This document shows, piece by piece, positions 1 to 12,936 of a DNA stretch of 64,000 nucleotides. How positions within the stretch are numbered: position 1 is the first letter of the stretch; each line of letters opens with the position of its first letter. Source of the stretch: Catajapyx aquilonaris (taxonomy: Eukaryota); the NCBI GenBank assembly GCA_000934665.2, contig JYFJ02001100.1:1-64000 (forward strand), read 5' to 3'. Under the pieces are notes generated by a model. It worked only from the letters and a program-made list of their open reading frames with translations, was not told where the DNA came from and did no database searches. The translations under genes and the position numbers were made by a program.

Positions 1-97
1 ATCGGTGAGGTCGAAATTTTTTGCGTTGAAAAATGACCCAAGTTGGCAGGGCAAATCTCCGGACATCATATGATGGCCGTAGGCAGCAAAGGGTTAA
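1..97. mobile_element. Right terminus of a piggyBac-like non-autonomous element, truncated by the window edge
   Basis: Ends ...GGCAGCAAAGGG|TTAA (GGG 91-93, TTAA 94-97), matching the piggyBac CCC...GGG terminus with a TTAA target site. The left end is not in the window. Confidence 0.4.
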
Positions 98-118
98 AGG
101 GTACAGTATGAAGCCTCG

Positions 119-1190
119 CAAGCAAAGTAACTTTGCTTACCCCCCTGGATTTTGATAATTTTTATAATTTAAATTCTGCTTGGCCTATAGTGTTGAGAAA
201 ACATCACCTCCGCTGCTAAATTCCACGTTAGCAGGTTGAAAATCCAGCCTAAAGGTAATGTTCCGAAAGCCACAACACCAGCGTTCGGTCGCGAGGCGCT
301 CGTCCCGGCTACCCCGGTCGCGGTCGCCTTTCACCGCGTCTGTAGCTCTCTCCGGTGCCACGAAGGAGAAGGGTCATCTCGCACGCTTTGAAGTTGAAGG
401 CGATTATAATAATGGAGAGCCAGGACAGGGAGCATAATACTACATAAGAGGCGCAAACATTCGATTCGCCTGTCTCTGTTTGATGGGGCCAACCATGGGG
501 CCAACGGTGGCGGCCATTTTGAAGAGATGCCAACGAGGTGTAAATAGGGTAAATAGGTAAATAGGTACAAATAGGCCAAAGCTTCGCCATCTTTGATTGT
601 TTTGGCGGCGGACATGGCACTTCACGGCAAGAACACGGGCGAATTTGAATATTTTTGCCGTACTTACGGAATTAATACGTAGAAAAGTGCATTAAAGGAG
701 CTCATACGGCAAACATATTCAAATTCAGCCGCCAAAACCATCAAAGATGGCAGACCTTTGCCCTGCCTGTACCCTATTTACACCTCGTTGGCCTCTCTTC
801 AAAATGGCCGCCACCGTTGGCCCTATCAAACAGAGACAGGCGAATCGAATGTTTGCGCCTCTTATGTAGTATTATGACCCCTGTCCTGGCTCTCCATTAT
901 TATAATCGCCTTTGACTGCAAAGCGTGCGAGATGACCCTTCTCCTTCGTGTCACCGGAGAGAGCTACAGACGCGGTGAAAGCCGACCGCGACCGGGCAGC
1001 CGGGAAAGCGCCTCGCGACCGAACGCTGGTGTTGTGGCTTTCGGAACATCGCCTTTAGGCTGGATTTTCACCCTGCTAACGTGGAATTTAGCAGCGGAGG
1101 TGATGTTTTCCCAACACTATATGCCAAGCAGAATTAAAATTATCAAAATTATCAAAATCCAGGAGGGTATAAGAAAAGTTACTTTGCTTG
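119..1190. mobile_element. Foldback / long-TIR non-autonomous element: ~1.07-kb imperfect palindrome
   Basis: CAAGCAAAGTAACTTT at 119 is the reverse complement of AAAGTTACTTTGCTTG ending at 1190. Arms ~119-662 and ~705-1190 are inverted copies along their length, around a ~40-bp spacer. ORFs 309..620(-) and 932..1273(+) share the peptide MTLLLRxTGESYRRGExRPRPG, which confirms the inversion. Confidence 0.85.
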
Positions 1191-1482
1191 TCAGTTGTAT
1201 TGGTTTCAGATCGACTTTCCCCAGTTTGTTTGCCGCTCTCTTGTGCTCAGTTTTCCCACTCACATTTCAATAAATACATCTGTGAATAATTAATCAATAT
1301 GTAAATTTAAAAACTTGGCATGCATTTTTGTATAGTACAGTACTAAATAGAGCATCTTACTAATGCCAGTTTAATATGTAGGCTACTTTGAACATAAGGT
1401 TTAATTCTTGAGTATTGGAATAGTGAAACCAAAGCAAATCATCTGCTCTAATCGGTTTCAAGCTATAATACAAATGTCTTAT

Positions 1483-2089
1483 GTAAAGCTTCTATAAGTC
1501 GAATCTCCATACGACCGGAAAAAACTTCTAGTTATAGAAGATTCCAGTTAGAGAAGTTTGGACTGATTTTTTAAAGTACGGTATTCTATATAAGGAAGCC
1601 TACCTTTATATCCAGCGACGAAAGGTGTTCAAAACTTAAAAGTAACTGTCACTCTCACACTTGCAATGCTCCTCGTTGTTTTGTTGTAAAACAATCTCCT
1701 TTATGCCGGACATTTGCCTACTCTTAGATTCAAGGATGCAATTGTCACAATCGAGTCAAACACTTCTTTCCGTACGTCTGGTAGGTAAGGAGATCAGGAA
1801 ATTGAGCCTTTCTGTACATGTGGCCTACTCTCGACCCTTCGGCTGGGAAATTAGACAATTTTCCGTACTCCCGAACATGAACTTCGACTTAGGGAGACTG
1901 AAAATGCATTGATATCACATCGAGAGGCCCTGCCAGCACTTCGAGTTATAGAGAACTTCGAGTTATAGAAATTCGAGTTAGGGAAGTTTATTTCCTATTA
2001 GTTTACATTGTGACCAACCAAGCCCATTATTTTCTTCGACTTATAGAGAACTTCGACTTAGGGAAGTTCGACTTATAGAAGTTTTACTG
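1483..2089. mobile_element. pogo/Tigger-type (Tc1/mariner) MITE
   Basis: Right end TTCGACTTATAGAAGTTTTACTG|TA pairs with a degenerate left end GTAAAGCTTCTATAAGTCGAA. There are many internal TTCGAGTTA/TTCGACTTA subterminal repeats. Confidence 0.65.
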
Positions 2090-2202
2090 TATTAATGTCT
2101 TGATACCATTCACATTAAGCATCATTATTGTTGTTGCTTGCATAAGTAGAAAAATGAGGTATGTAATGCATTTAACTATATTTCCCATTTCTGACTTTCC
2201 AG

Positions 2203-2530
2203 AGTGATCCGATACGAAGACCTGTCTGTAGAGCCATATGCAGGCGCCATGGATTTATTCAAGTTCTTGGGGCTCTACTTCCATCCCGCAGTGACTAACT
2301 TCCTCGACACGCATACCAAATTCAATATTGGTGGAGTTTCAAGCACCTTCAGAGACTCGCGGTCAGCTCCATTCCATTGGAGGAAGGATCTGACTCATGA
2401 TGAAGTGAAAAACATACAGAAAGTATGCAAGACTGCCATGAACCTCTGGGGTTACACGGAGGCTCAAAACAAAACTCATCAGCGAGTGTTCAATCCTGTG
2501 GCAGAGTTTAAATGGAACCAAAACAACTGA
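2203..2530 (+). CDS. Terminal coding exon of a Golgi carbohydrate sulfotransferase (CHST/GlcNAc-Gal-6-O-sulfotransferase-like); upstream exons lie outside the window
   Basis: Polypyrimidine tract plus CAG acceptor (AG 2201-2202). Translation VIRYEDLSVEP...FLDTHT...STFRDS...FHWRKDL...IQKVC...MNLWGY carries the RYEDL motif and the W(R)...C...LGY-like tail typical of this family. Stop TGA ends at 2530. Confidence 0.8.
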
Positions 2531-2867
2531 GTGCATCTATGAAATCTACTTTGGACGAGCTAATGCTAGTGCCCTGGATGGTGTTCTATGCAACTACAGT
2601 ATACACATCCAGAAAACAAAAATGTTGCTCAGGTTTTCTCGTGTGATTTGTATGTGTTGCACCTTTGCCAAAATATTGACACTTTTCTTGTTACATCAAA
2701 ATATTGGTTGAAGAAGTTTAAACGTTTCATGACACTGACACTGACATTGACACTGGTTTTGTTGCGTAAGGGTATTTGCACACCATCCTTACATTAACTG
2801 GAAGTCTTATGACCACATATGTTTCTGCAAGGTGAAGTTTAAAGCATTATTTCTCTTTTTGTAAATA

Positions 2868-3473
2868 CAGTAAAATCTCGTTTTAGCGAATACCAATACA
2901 ACGAAATTTCAATAGAACGCAAGTAAAATAAAATTTTGGTTGGCCAGCCATAAGATCAACGTATTTGTAATCCCGTTATTAAGAAATCCGTTACTACAAA
3001 ATTTGCAGTACAACGAATACGAAATGTGGTTCCCAGGCTAGTATTGACCCCGATATAACGAAATATGCACTAGTGCAATGCTCCGCCACATGTGCTCCAG
3101 CACTGTGTAGCGATAAGCGAGTGTGTGGTCGTGCGTAACACCGTCTACAATCGTGAAATGTTGAGGTAAAAGTTGTGTTAAGGAGTCGGCAGTGTCTGTT
3201 TTGGGGAGTGACCAGCAGGACGGTGAAGAGTGAAGACTCAGATGACCCTGGCGACCTGTCTGTGTGGAGGTCCGACCCTTGGTCCGACGCTGAAAACACC
3301 AGCGTGCCGGAAGAAGTTACCGTTCACGAATTTGTAGCCGCAGATGACGACGTACAGGTGTGCCAGGAGTTGACAGATTCGGTCATATTTGCGGGGAAAA
3401 TAAAAATAACCAATCTCGATTTACCGAAATTCCGTTATTACGAAAAGATTTGCCGGGTCCCGCGGGCTTCGTT
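2868..3473 (+). mobile_element. Internally deleted Tigger/pogo element with a remnant of the transposase C-terminus
   Basis: TA|CAGTAAAATCTCGTT left TIR and repeated CCGTTA/AACGAA subterminal motifs. The peptide VPEEVTVHEFVAADDDVQVCQELTDSVI resembles the acidic C-terminal segment of Tigger-derived proteins. The right TIR is missing. Confidence 0.6.
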
Positions 3474-3769
3474 GTGTCGGGCCAAAACTTCACACCAAAA
3501 CCAACTCTGCCTCGTGACAACACCATTCGTCAGGAGCTCCAACATGCCTGCCCACATTTTAAATGAAATTATTTAATTGTCTCCTTAAAAATGCATATTA
3601 AATGCAAAATCTAACCAGCACAAGTTTAATACTTTGGAGTTAGATATATATCTTTTGTCACTCGAAAAACGCAAGTTAACCCTTGGAGTTAACCCTATAG
3701 TCTGACACTTTCAAAAAATAATGCTCACTTCCTTAATAATTAGTTATTATTCAGGTATAATAATACGTA

Positions 3770-3770
<1 letters not shown>

Positions 3771-3834
<64 letters not shown>
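3771..3834. repeat. (AAT)n microsatellite
   Basis: About 21 uninterrupted AAT units read directly. Confidence 0.95.
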
Positions 3835-3835
<1 letters not shown>

Positions 3836-4786
3836 TAATTTTTAATTATAAATAATAATTTCCGTCTCTGTCTTTGTCCAGGGTGAGTCATCAACGGTCT
3901 TCAACTACTGTATACAAGGAGGTTACTGTATAGGTTACTAGGTGCATGTACGTAGTACCACTCCCGCCCGCATAACTGCTGAGAGTGGCAGTAGTGTGCA
4001 GAGAGGGACGATGCGCCATCTATGCGAGGGGTAAAAAGGTACTATTCGGACATTCGGGTGCGAGAGCAGTGCTGCCAGGTTTTGCCACTTCACTACTAGT
4101 TTTTAAAGATTTGCAATATGAGAGCCCAGCCTTCAATTGGCCTGCTATTTCAAGGTACGCGCATGATGAGGCGAAGTATAACCAGCACCAGTATCTACCC
4201 TCCAATAATTTGTAGCAAATAATTGCTACAATCATGTTGTGGCGTGCTTTCTTTCGATCTGACAAAAATTATATTCAAGGTTCGCAAAACTGGATGCCGC
4301 GGTTGATTGAGACCTGTTGTTTGTTCCCCTGGAGGAGCTCCCGGGCTTTCGGAAGGGTGGGGAAGATGGTTAGACCTGCTAGGAGCCACCAGCCAGCCAG
4401 GTAGGAGAGAATAATGCAGGTGGGCAAGTCTTGTCCACTTTTGGCCCGCCTCTTGGGAGGGCACCTTGGAAGAAGAAAAAAAAAAGAAAGAACACCTCAC
4501 TTCCCTCCCTTGTGACCAAGGCCTTCGACTTCTTCTTCTCAACGCAAATGCCCAAAAGATATTGTTTGTTTGCAACCTCAAGGTCCGGTAAACCTAGCTT
4601 GCGTCAACTGACCGCCTGTAAAAACAGCGTAACTGTACATGTGAATTAAATAAATTATTGGAGGGGTGCTTGCCTAGGTGCAGAAAAGCAGGTTGGCTAC
4701 CGATACACGCGTTGAAATCACCGGTGTTGACAGCTTGTCGGCTTGGCCGAAATAATCAGTCCTCATTCTCTCGCCAGTACCTCGTA

Positions 4787-5127
4787 CAGGGTGTCCCGTC
4801 ATGAAGCCCAGCGAGGTGTTAATTAAGCCCATTTATCGGTTATGCACGGTTCGGAAGATTGCAACAGGTGGCAAGAATATTTCAACTTTTACGCCATCCT
4901 TGAACATGGTCGAGTCTGATAAATCGTAAAGAATGCTTATGTTAACTTTAGTTAGCATATTAATAATGTGAATCGTAGTTCACATTACGATTAGTTAACA
5001 GTAAGGCAGTTAACGTAACTAAGGTTAACATTAGTATTAGCTGTAAGAAGTGATTTTGCATGGGCACATTTTTCGCCAATGAGTAGTTTGTAGGAAATCA
5101 ATCACTTTTCCTTCTGACTACACCCTG
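4787..5127. mobile_element. Putative Tc1/mariner MITE
   Basis: TA|CAGGGTGT ... ACACCCTG|TA: 8-bp TIR with TA target-site duplication. Confidence 0.45.
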
Positions 5128-7300
5128 TAAGTAAGCAGGGTGACCAATGAGCATCTGATTGACCAAGATGGGAGGACAATACACGTCAACAACACAATAT
5201 AGGCTCGTGAATAATGCAAAAATTTATTTTTTGTATTATTAGGCAGTCAAGATGGGAGGGGAAAGAATGGGCTATTAGTCACGCATTATGAGGCGGAGCC
5301 CCCCATAACCCATGTGCATGTGAAGATGCACTTAACAATGCCCGTATTAATCAGCGTTAACATCATCGAACCCATCCCCATAAATAGAGTTCTTATGGTC
5401 ATTTTTTTCTTCTTCCTTTCCTCCTCTTCTGGAATGGTTAGTTGGCAATGTGAGCAGCCAAAAGGTGGGACTTGAAAAGGGCTTGTCTGGGGCCTTGGCT
5501 GCTGCTGGGCAGCTCCCGACAAGCAAATCGTGACACAGGTTGCTGAGGGCCTCTTTCTCTCCTGAAGACGGGTTTTTCTTATAGTGGGGAGGAGGAGAGG
5601 AGGGGGAGCAGGATCTCTTTTGGGGTCGGCATCAGGAGGCTGAAAAATGCGCTTCTGGCAAAGAGTGGGTGCCTCTTTGGGACGGTGGGGGCGGCCAAAC
5701 AGCCAATCTTCTGACTCACTCACTTGCATGCATGTGTAAAGGAGCCTGTTTCCGGCGGAATGTATGCAGGTATGGCCTCCAGGGATATCCCCCCGCAAGA
5801 TACGCCTACCTGTATGACCATTTTGTCCTCATACTTTTTCGTGGTAGAGAGTAACGGGATACGCCCTTAATATTGCTCAGTTCAACTAATTTGGTCGTCA
5901 CTTCTAGGAGGAACTTTTCACATAATGACTCACACATAATATATTATCACTGAGGAAAATGGTGCGTCATTTTTCCTTCTGATAAGTGTGCTGAACCACA
6001 AGATGGCAACTGATGGTAAAACTTTCCTCGTCGTAATAAATTGCGAAAATTTATTTGCCGCTTGCTTAGAACCTTGTTTCCTCCAATATAATGATATGTA
6101 GGCCCGGCATTAGGTGCAATTAGGTGTCGGTTACTAAATGCAAATAAACTGGCAGTACAGGTCTGACCAATCATCACCTGAGACTGTTACAGGAAATGGT
6201 AAGACCCAGCCGATAATCACTAGGGGCCGGTTATATTTTATTGTGGGAAAGTTTTAACTGTAATATCAGGTAGCGGCTATTCATTTTAGAGATGACTTAA
6301 GCCGGACATGCCACATTTTTTTTGCGACATGTTTGCAAAAAGGTGTGTCTTATTTCAGGTGCAAATATTGACATATAGTCGTCGACTGCAGGCAACACCT
6401 AAGTTCAACGCCTCTCTACCGGAGACCCAAAACTTGTTTCCAAGTCGGATAGAATGACGCTTGGCAAGGTCATCCTAATGCTATCTGTGCTAATTCTAAT
6501 GCTCACACCTCTCTTTATGACTCCCAAGGAATGAGCTGACCTTTTTTTTCTTTCTTGGCAAAAAGATTGTACAAGGGCATTCGGCAGTTTTTCTTTGTGC
6601 GCTCTCATGATGGTGGTTTATGTCGGGGAGAAAATATCTTTAGATATGCCCGTCATGATCTAAATGCATTAGTCGGACATGACTTTTATGGCGATGCGCA
6701 CCTTGGATGCACTGTGATCCACACACCTGTCACGATTCTGGTTTCGGTAAAAACAACCCTCAGAAGCAATGTGCCATATTTTAAGCCGGATTTATGTCCA
6801 CCCAACCCGAAGAATAATCTGATAAAGCGTTGCATATGAGCGAACCGGCCGTAAATCACCATCTTCAAGTTTGGAAAAAGCAAATACCGATCGGGAGGTC
6901 TCTCCGGAATGGTTTGTGGTAAATATGGCAACCCTTTCCCCGACGCCTTTCCAGTCTGGTATGCAAATTAGTGACGGTCATTCCTTGAGTAATGTACCGG
7001 CCCTTTTCTACCTGCTCAAAGAAAATTCAGTGATGTCTGGAACCGATACCAACTTCTAATCTTAGTTTTATGTCGTGTGTGGGAAAAGAAACAAAAATTA
7101 AATGTAGTTTAAGATGAAAACCGGTTCTAGGTAAAAACCTGGCCCCGTGTTTCTGACCCAGGGCAGGTGGCAACAGTGCTTTATCATTCCAACACCGTGC
7201 ATTCCGGAACTCCCTGGAGGCCATTTTGACTCTGACCGGGCGACGAACAATGCAACAAAGGGCCAGCCAGCCAGCCAGAGAAGCTGAAGAACACCCCACC

Positions 7301-7350
7301 ACCTACCTACCTACCTACCTACCTACCTACCTACCTACCTTCCTACCTAC
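7301..7350. repeat. (ACCT)n tetranucleotide microsatellite
   Basis: About 12 ACCT units with one substitution. Confidence 0.95.
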
Positions 7351-10300
7351 CACCTTATGACCGGCCTCAGGAATACGTGATGAGAAGAGAAGCATCGGCA
7401 ATCTGCTGGCCAAGGGGATCATGGGAAGCAGGTGGCGAAGGGGGGCCTCACCTTGAAAATTACGCATTTGGGAAGGTGGGGAGGTGGTTTAAGGGATGTG
7501 GTTGTTAAGGACGATCGAAATTTATATGAGGACCAGAGTCGGCAAACCTGCCAGAAAATATGCTTCTGGATTTGGAAAATGATAAGGATGAAAAAAAAAT
7601 GCACGGTTATTGAATTTTTGCGACATTGGAGTTTTTGCATGGTAGGCCTACACGAAGGATATTAGTCAGCTGGTAAAGGTTACTCGAATATAATAGTGTG
7701 AAAAGGGGGAAATCCGTACATTGCAATAATTAGTCCTTCACATACACGCGCGCGAGATATTTTGTACGACATTGACATACCCCCGCACTGTATCAAAATA
7801 ATGAAGTTCAGCAGACTATCGTACATGACTTAAATTATGATAAATGTGCGCCAGGTTTTTTGTCAAAATCGGACTTCCGCGGCTTTTTCAAAAGTGTAGG
7901 GTTTTACATATAGCTTTGTGCTGTAGAGCATGACTTCCGGATATATTTTGCCTTGGGCCAAGTGCATGATTTCCCTATGAACAGTACGTGTTTGCAGGCG
8001 TGTACTGCAGATTTTATTCATTTTTATGACATGGATTTAGGACCCCATGATGCACTGCATTTATTATTAAAATTTTGAGACGGAAATTTCGAAGGGAATG
8101 TGTGACTACATTATTTGTGAAATGTTACAAGGTTTTATAAACGTGTTTGAATATAACATTTGCGAGGTAGACAATTTAATTGATATTATTCCCAGCATGT
8201 AACACTACATGGACTGTGCAGCATAGCGTGGCATTGTGCAAGAAGTTACTATTTACTGCATTGTCACGAGTAATAGACATTGCATCACCATCAGTGCAGC
8301 TCCAATTCCTGGTCAGTCTTATGAATGTTCAGAGCACTGAGCCTAACCCGGTTTTATTCCATGGCACGTGTGGGATTGATGTGAGTTCCTTTTCTTTGCA
8401 TTGTCAACAGACGCCAGCCAATTGTTTCCAGTGACAAACTGTTATGTCTCGTCAATGAATAACAATTTACAATCGAAACGTCAGCATGTACTCTATAGTT
8501 CCGCCTTTGGGAATATTAAGTCTGCCCTGAACACAGCATGCAGGTCGAAAGAACAGCTGTCTGCAGATTTTACGGTCACTTGACATTGTAAGCATCATAT
8601 TGCACAAGTCCACTTTTATCAACAGACTGGACCTTAAAAAATTAATTACATAATTACTCACTCAGCCAGACCGGTCACTATATATCTGGCCAGACCCATA
8701 AAGATAAGACCGGCTCATTTGGCGACCCCTTTCGCAGTTAGTCGTAACACAGTCGGCATGGATCACATTGCATAATTTTCGTTCATGGTGAAAGGTAGAA
8801 TGAGTATTATTAAACTGACCGGGTCCATGTTTCAGGGCCAGAGGAAGGAACTGAACTATCAGCTGATAGTGAGAATGACAGCTAGGGCAGCGAATAAATA
8901 ACGAACTGCAAGTGTTCTTGGTTAGTGGATGTGCGCAACTATCACCGGCTATATAGTCTCAGCCTTTCAACAGATATAGTTCAGCCTCTTAGTCAAGGTA
9001 ACATCACTGATTTTGCTGTGTTTTTAATTAACAGCCCCCGTTGGGTCGGATAACATTCTTGGACTTGGGACTTTTTGCATCTGAACTCGTGTGAGGTGGT
9101 GGGGACTAGAAGAAAGAGATAGAAAAAAAAGGAGGCGAGACAAAGACGCTAACAAATCTGATGCTGGCGGAGAGTTGTGCAACAAAAAGCCATCTTTGGG
9201 CAAGAAGCGGCCTCTCTTTGACTGGATACAGATTGGTGGTGCCCCAAGCTGCCATGACGGATGTCCCTCTTCCCAACTTGATGAACTTGTGATCTGCTCC
9301 AAGGGGGCGGAGAAGGTGAAACCTGAGGAGAAGAACCTTTTTTTCTCTCTCTTCCTCTTTTCAAGGTCAGCGGTTTCTACCACCCCAACTCAAATCCATC
9401 TTCCAACCAAAAATATCATTCCGGCCATCACTGCAACCCTCAATATACTACACGCCTTGAAATTAAATTACGAGTATTATTGCACACATAGGAGCATAAA
9501 GTGGAATCATTCAGCATTAATTTATTTCCCAGTGTGTAACGTACTTGTATACACACTGGGAGCATTTATGTTATCCTGAGAAATGTGAACATTCAGCCTG
9601 TATAAAATTATTCACCTGCATAAAATTATCCACCACTCTAAATAATTTTATTCCCACTTTGCCAGCTTTATCAGTATGCACATAAGTGTGAAATTTTAAA
9701 TCTCATAAAAATATATGCACAGTGCAGCCTAAAATGCCTAAATTATTTACCTATCAAAAATTTCACGAACCCATAAATTAAATATAATTAATAAATAAAA
9801 TCGCAGAAGTGAGTGATGAAATAAAAGAAATAAATTTTATGCACCCGAGTGAATATTTTCATGCGTTTTTCAGTTCCAAGTTTATAGTGAACAACATAAT
9901 TTCCCCGAAAACAAGGGACGTTGGATCCGATAAGAATCCACCAGCATTTTTGTGTGGAGAAAAAGAAGACACGTAGCTCTCGCAACATGTAAGCTCCGCC
10001 CTAGAAACTTTCTAGGTCTGGTCATGTTTCTGGCCGTGTCCATTTGTCTCCCCCCGAATAGCCCAACGACACGGCCTCCGTGAAGCATTCATCAAAATGT
10101 CCAGGTCCAATTTACAGGGATGGGGGGGATGCTGGGAACGTCTTCAGGTCTAAGGGGGTGTAGAAGAAGTCCACACCTTTCGCTTCTTCTTCTTCGTCGT
10201 CTTTTTTTTCTTTTTAAAGATTGCCCAGGTGGGTCGCCCCACACGAGGCGACCCATGTTGTCAGGTTTACTGTTCAATAAATTCCATTCGCACCTTGTGG

Positions 10301-12483
10301 TAACCCGCCATTCATACCCGGCCATCTTTGTTTCTGCTCAAATTTTCTCAATTTTGGCCGTTTCTTCAGGGTCGGTGAACTGATCACAGGGCTCGGCCCA
10401 TTACTTAAATATATATGCGGAGGGGATGGGGGTGGTGAGGGGCCGGGTGTAAGATGTGCAACAAGGGACAGCTTAAGAAAGGAATGCATCCCATCCTCTG
10501 CAACGTGTCTCTTTCCAAGGCCAAAAGCCTGGAATCCAAGCAACCTGTTCAGCTCAAGCCTTGTCTTCTATTTGGGTATATTACAACCGATGCACCTTTT
10601 TTTGGAGCACTTGTCATGCGGTATTGTTGGGCGCGTGCGAATATTTTTTTTGCAGAAAAAAAAAGTTCGCCGAATTTTTGTGAATGGCGGATAAAAAAAA
10701 GTGGGTGCTGGAAATACCAGAAGGAGGAAACCACTTCTGATGAATTATGCATCGCGCTCAAAAGGTGAAACAGACTCGAGCTACCGGTTATAGACACTGT
10801 TGCCGGTTTGTACTACACACACGCCGATACACCGGACCGGACTTGATATGTAGATCACATACCTGGACAAGTGGACAGGTAGAAATATTAACACTGATGG
10901 GGCAGTGGCTGTGTTACAAGCAGACATGCCAAGGTGCATTACCGATGATTTGCACTTAACAACTAGTGTTTCGAACCTCTTTCGACAACAATGTCATTTC
11001 TGGGCTAGTTCAAGCATGGAAAAATCTTTCCTCGAACCTCCCTGTAAAGAGAGGGTATGTCCGTGGCGTTGACCTCTTCTAATATGGCCGCAGGACATCG
11101 GTGACTAATATGGTAGTTGAATATTCTGACCCTTTTCGTGGGAAACAAAGATTGTCCAAACTCATGAGAACCAAACGCTGGAATTTTCTGGAGAGGGGAA
11201 GATAGCCCAAAATTACTGGTCCTGACTGATTGACTGGTTAATCCTCCAGTGTGTCATGTACTAGTCATCAGTGACTGTTTTCTCGTGGCATTCGCTCATT
11301 GAAATTACTAACGCATGTGAGTAATGCCATGTGATTCTCGTCTTGCATTGTTGCATACCTCCTCGGTCGAATCGGAAATATTGGGACCAAACCATGACCA
11401 GTTGAATATGCGCAGACACGCGGCCAACGCGTGTGAAACATGGCATTGTTCGCTTTTTAACGCTTCGCACATTTCCTGACCTGATTTTAACCCCCGGAAT
11501 TAATATATTGTAATACGCTCCCGAAATAATTAGATCTGCTTTGCGAGGGGTCAAAGGTCACTTTTTCTGTATTTTTTGATGACCCCCCCGCCCCCAGTTC
11601 CGTTTCAGGGGTTAAAAACCGGCTGCCTAATGAGCCTCAAATTAATGGGTACGGCATCTGCTCAAATATTGCACCGGAAGTTTGGCCGGAAATGGCTTTA
11701 ACCAATCACGTTGAGGAGCAATAAAATAGCTATAATATGCTGTATATAGGCCTATATTATCTCGATTAATTTTTCAACCCATCTATGTATGGATTGCCTT
11801 CTAGTCAACTTGCAGTTCAATACGGTTCTATATCTAACCTATCGATCTATCGAATTTACAGTTATCGAAGTTTACATTCGATGTCGTATTCGATATTATC
11901 GAGTGCGATGGTTCCGCGTGTAAAATAAATACCCAGTATGACATAAATAGAAATTTTCACATCTCACAGTCCTAGTTAGAGGCGTAAAGTTGGGAAATGT
12001 TCTATCTTGTAACCTCATTAGGCCTACTCATTAGTGATTGGTCACATAGAATAAGCAGTTTAAAAATATAATAATAATAGTATATAATACGGTATATAAT
12101 AGTAAGCAATATGCAAACCGAAAAGTTTTCTTCGCCCAATCAGAAGCCGCCCTTGAACTCTTCTATAGTTTTCTGATAGCATTTTGTTTCAATTATTATG
12201 CTTTCCTCGTGTCCCCTTGCAATTTCCGCACCCACTTCCGGTGAATCTCGAATTACATGTCGCATAGAGTTACAAGCACATCCTGAGGAAGCTTCTTGAA
12301 CACCCCCAGAAATATATCTGAAGTCCTTTGTCTTGTGTCAATGTTTGGTCCTGCCAGATATGATCCGGCAGTGTAAACCGAAACCGTACTGTGCTGTCAA
12401 TCAGTAGTTTCCAACTTCTGGCTAAGGAGGAAAAAATCTTGTTGGAAACAAGATAAAAATCAAGCCAAGTCACTGCTTCACAT

Positions 12484-12734
12484 AAGGCAGGCCACGCTAA
12501 CTTGCCATTGACGTCATCGTTTTGTTTACCAACTCCTGTAGTCAACAGAAATCTGCCGAACGCACCATGCAACAATAGTGGGGGCCTTTAAAAAAACTGC
12601 CATTGGTGCATGAGGGCATCTCATTATGTTGGAAAGTTGGAGGTTGCGGAGGTGCATTCGGCATATTTTTGTTGATTGCGAGTTATTGGTAAACAAAATG
12701 ATGGCGTAAATGGCAAGTTAGCGCGGGCTGCCTT
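12484..12734. mobile_element. MITE with ~49-bp TIRs upstream of inx2
   Basis: AAGGCAGGCCACGCTAACTTGCCATTGACGTCATCGTTTTGTTTACCAA pairs, with about 5 mismatches, with TTGGTAAACAAAATGATGGCGTAAATGGCAAGTTAGCGCGGGCTGCCTT. No clean TSD. Confidence 0.7.
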
Positions 12735-12936
12735 TATAGGCCCGGCCAATAATAAGTTGCATAACCAACGGGATGACACCAATATAAACCCGGGTTGGCA
12801 GGCCTGTGATTAGGAAGCAATCACGCTTGAATCAGTGCTGCCAACCGCCAGCCTATGACCTGATAGGAGATGATGTCCTCGTGACAGATAGTGCGTCCGC
12901 ATGGAGGAAGTGACGACGCCTGTGATATTATAGACT

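Noticed and set aside
309..1273. ORFs 309..620, 331..615, 440..625 and 932..1273
   Set aside because: They lie in the two arms of the foldback element and have no protein-like features.
1940..2089. Short repeated units that look superficially like a CRISPR array
   Set aside because: Eukaryotic context, no regular unique spacers and no cas genes. They are subterminal repeats of a Tigger-type MITE.
5286..10797. Several 100-170 aa ORFs in GC-richer intergenic patches (e.g. 5286..5798, 9091..9579)
   Set aside because: Low-complexity translations, no consistent splice sites and no family motifs. More likely regulatory or neutral DNA.
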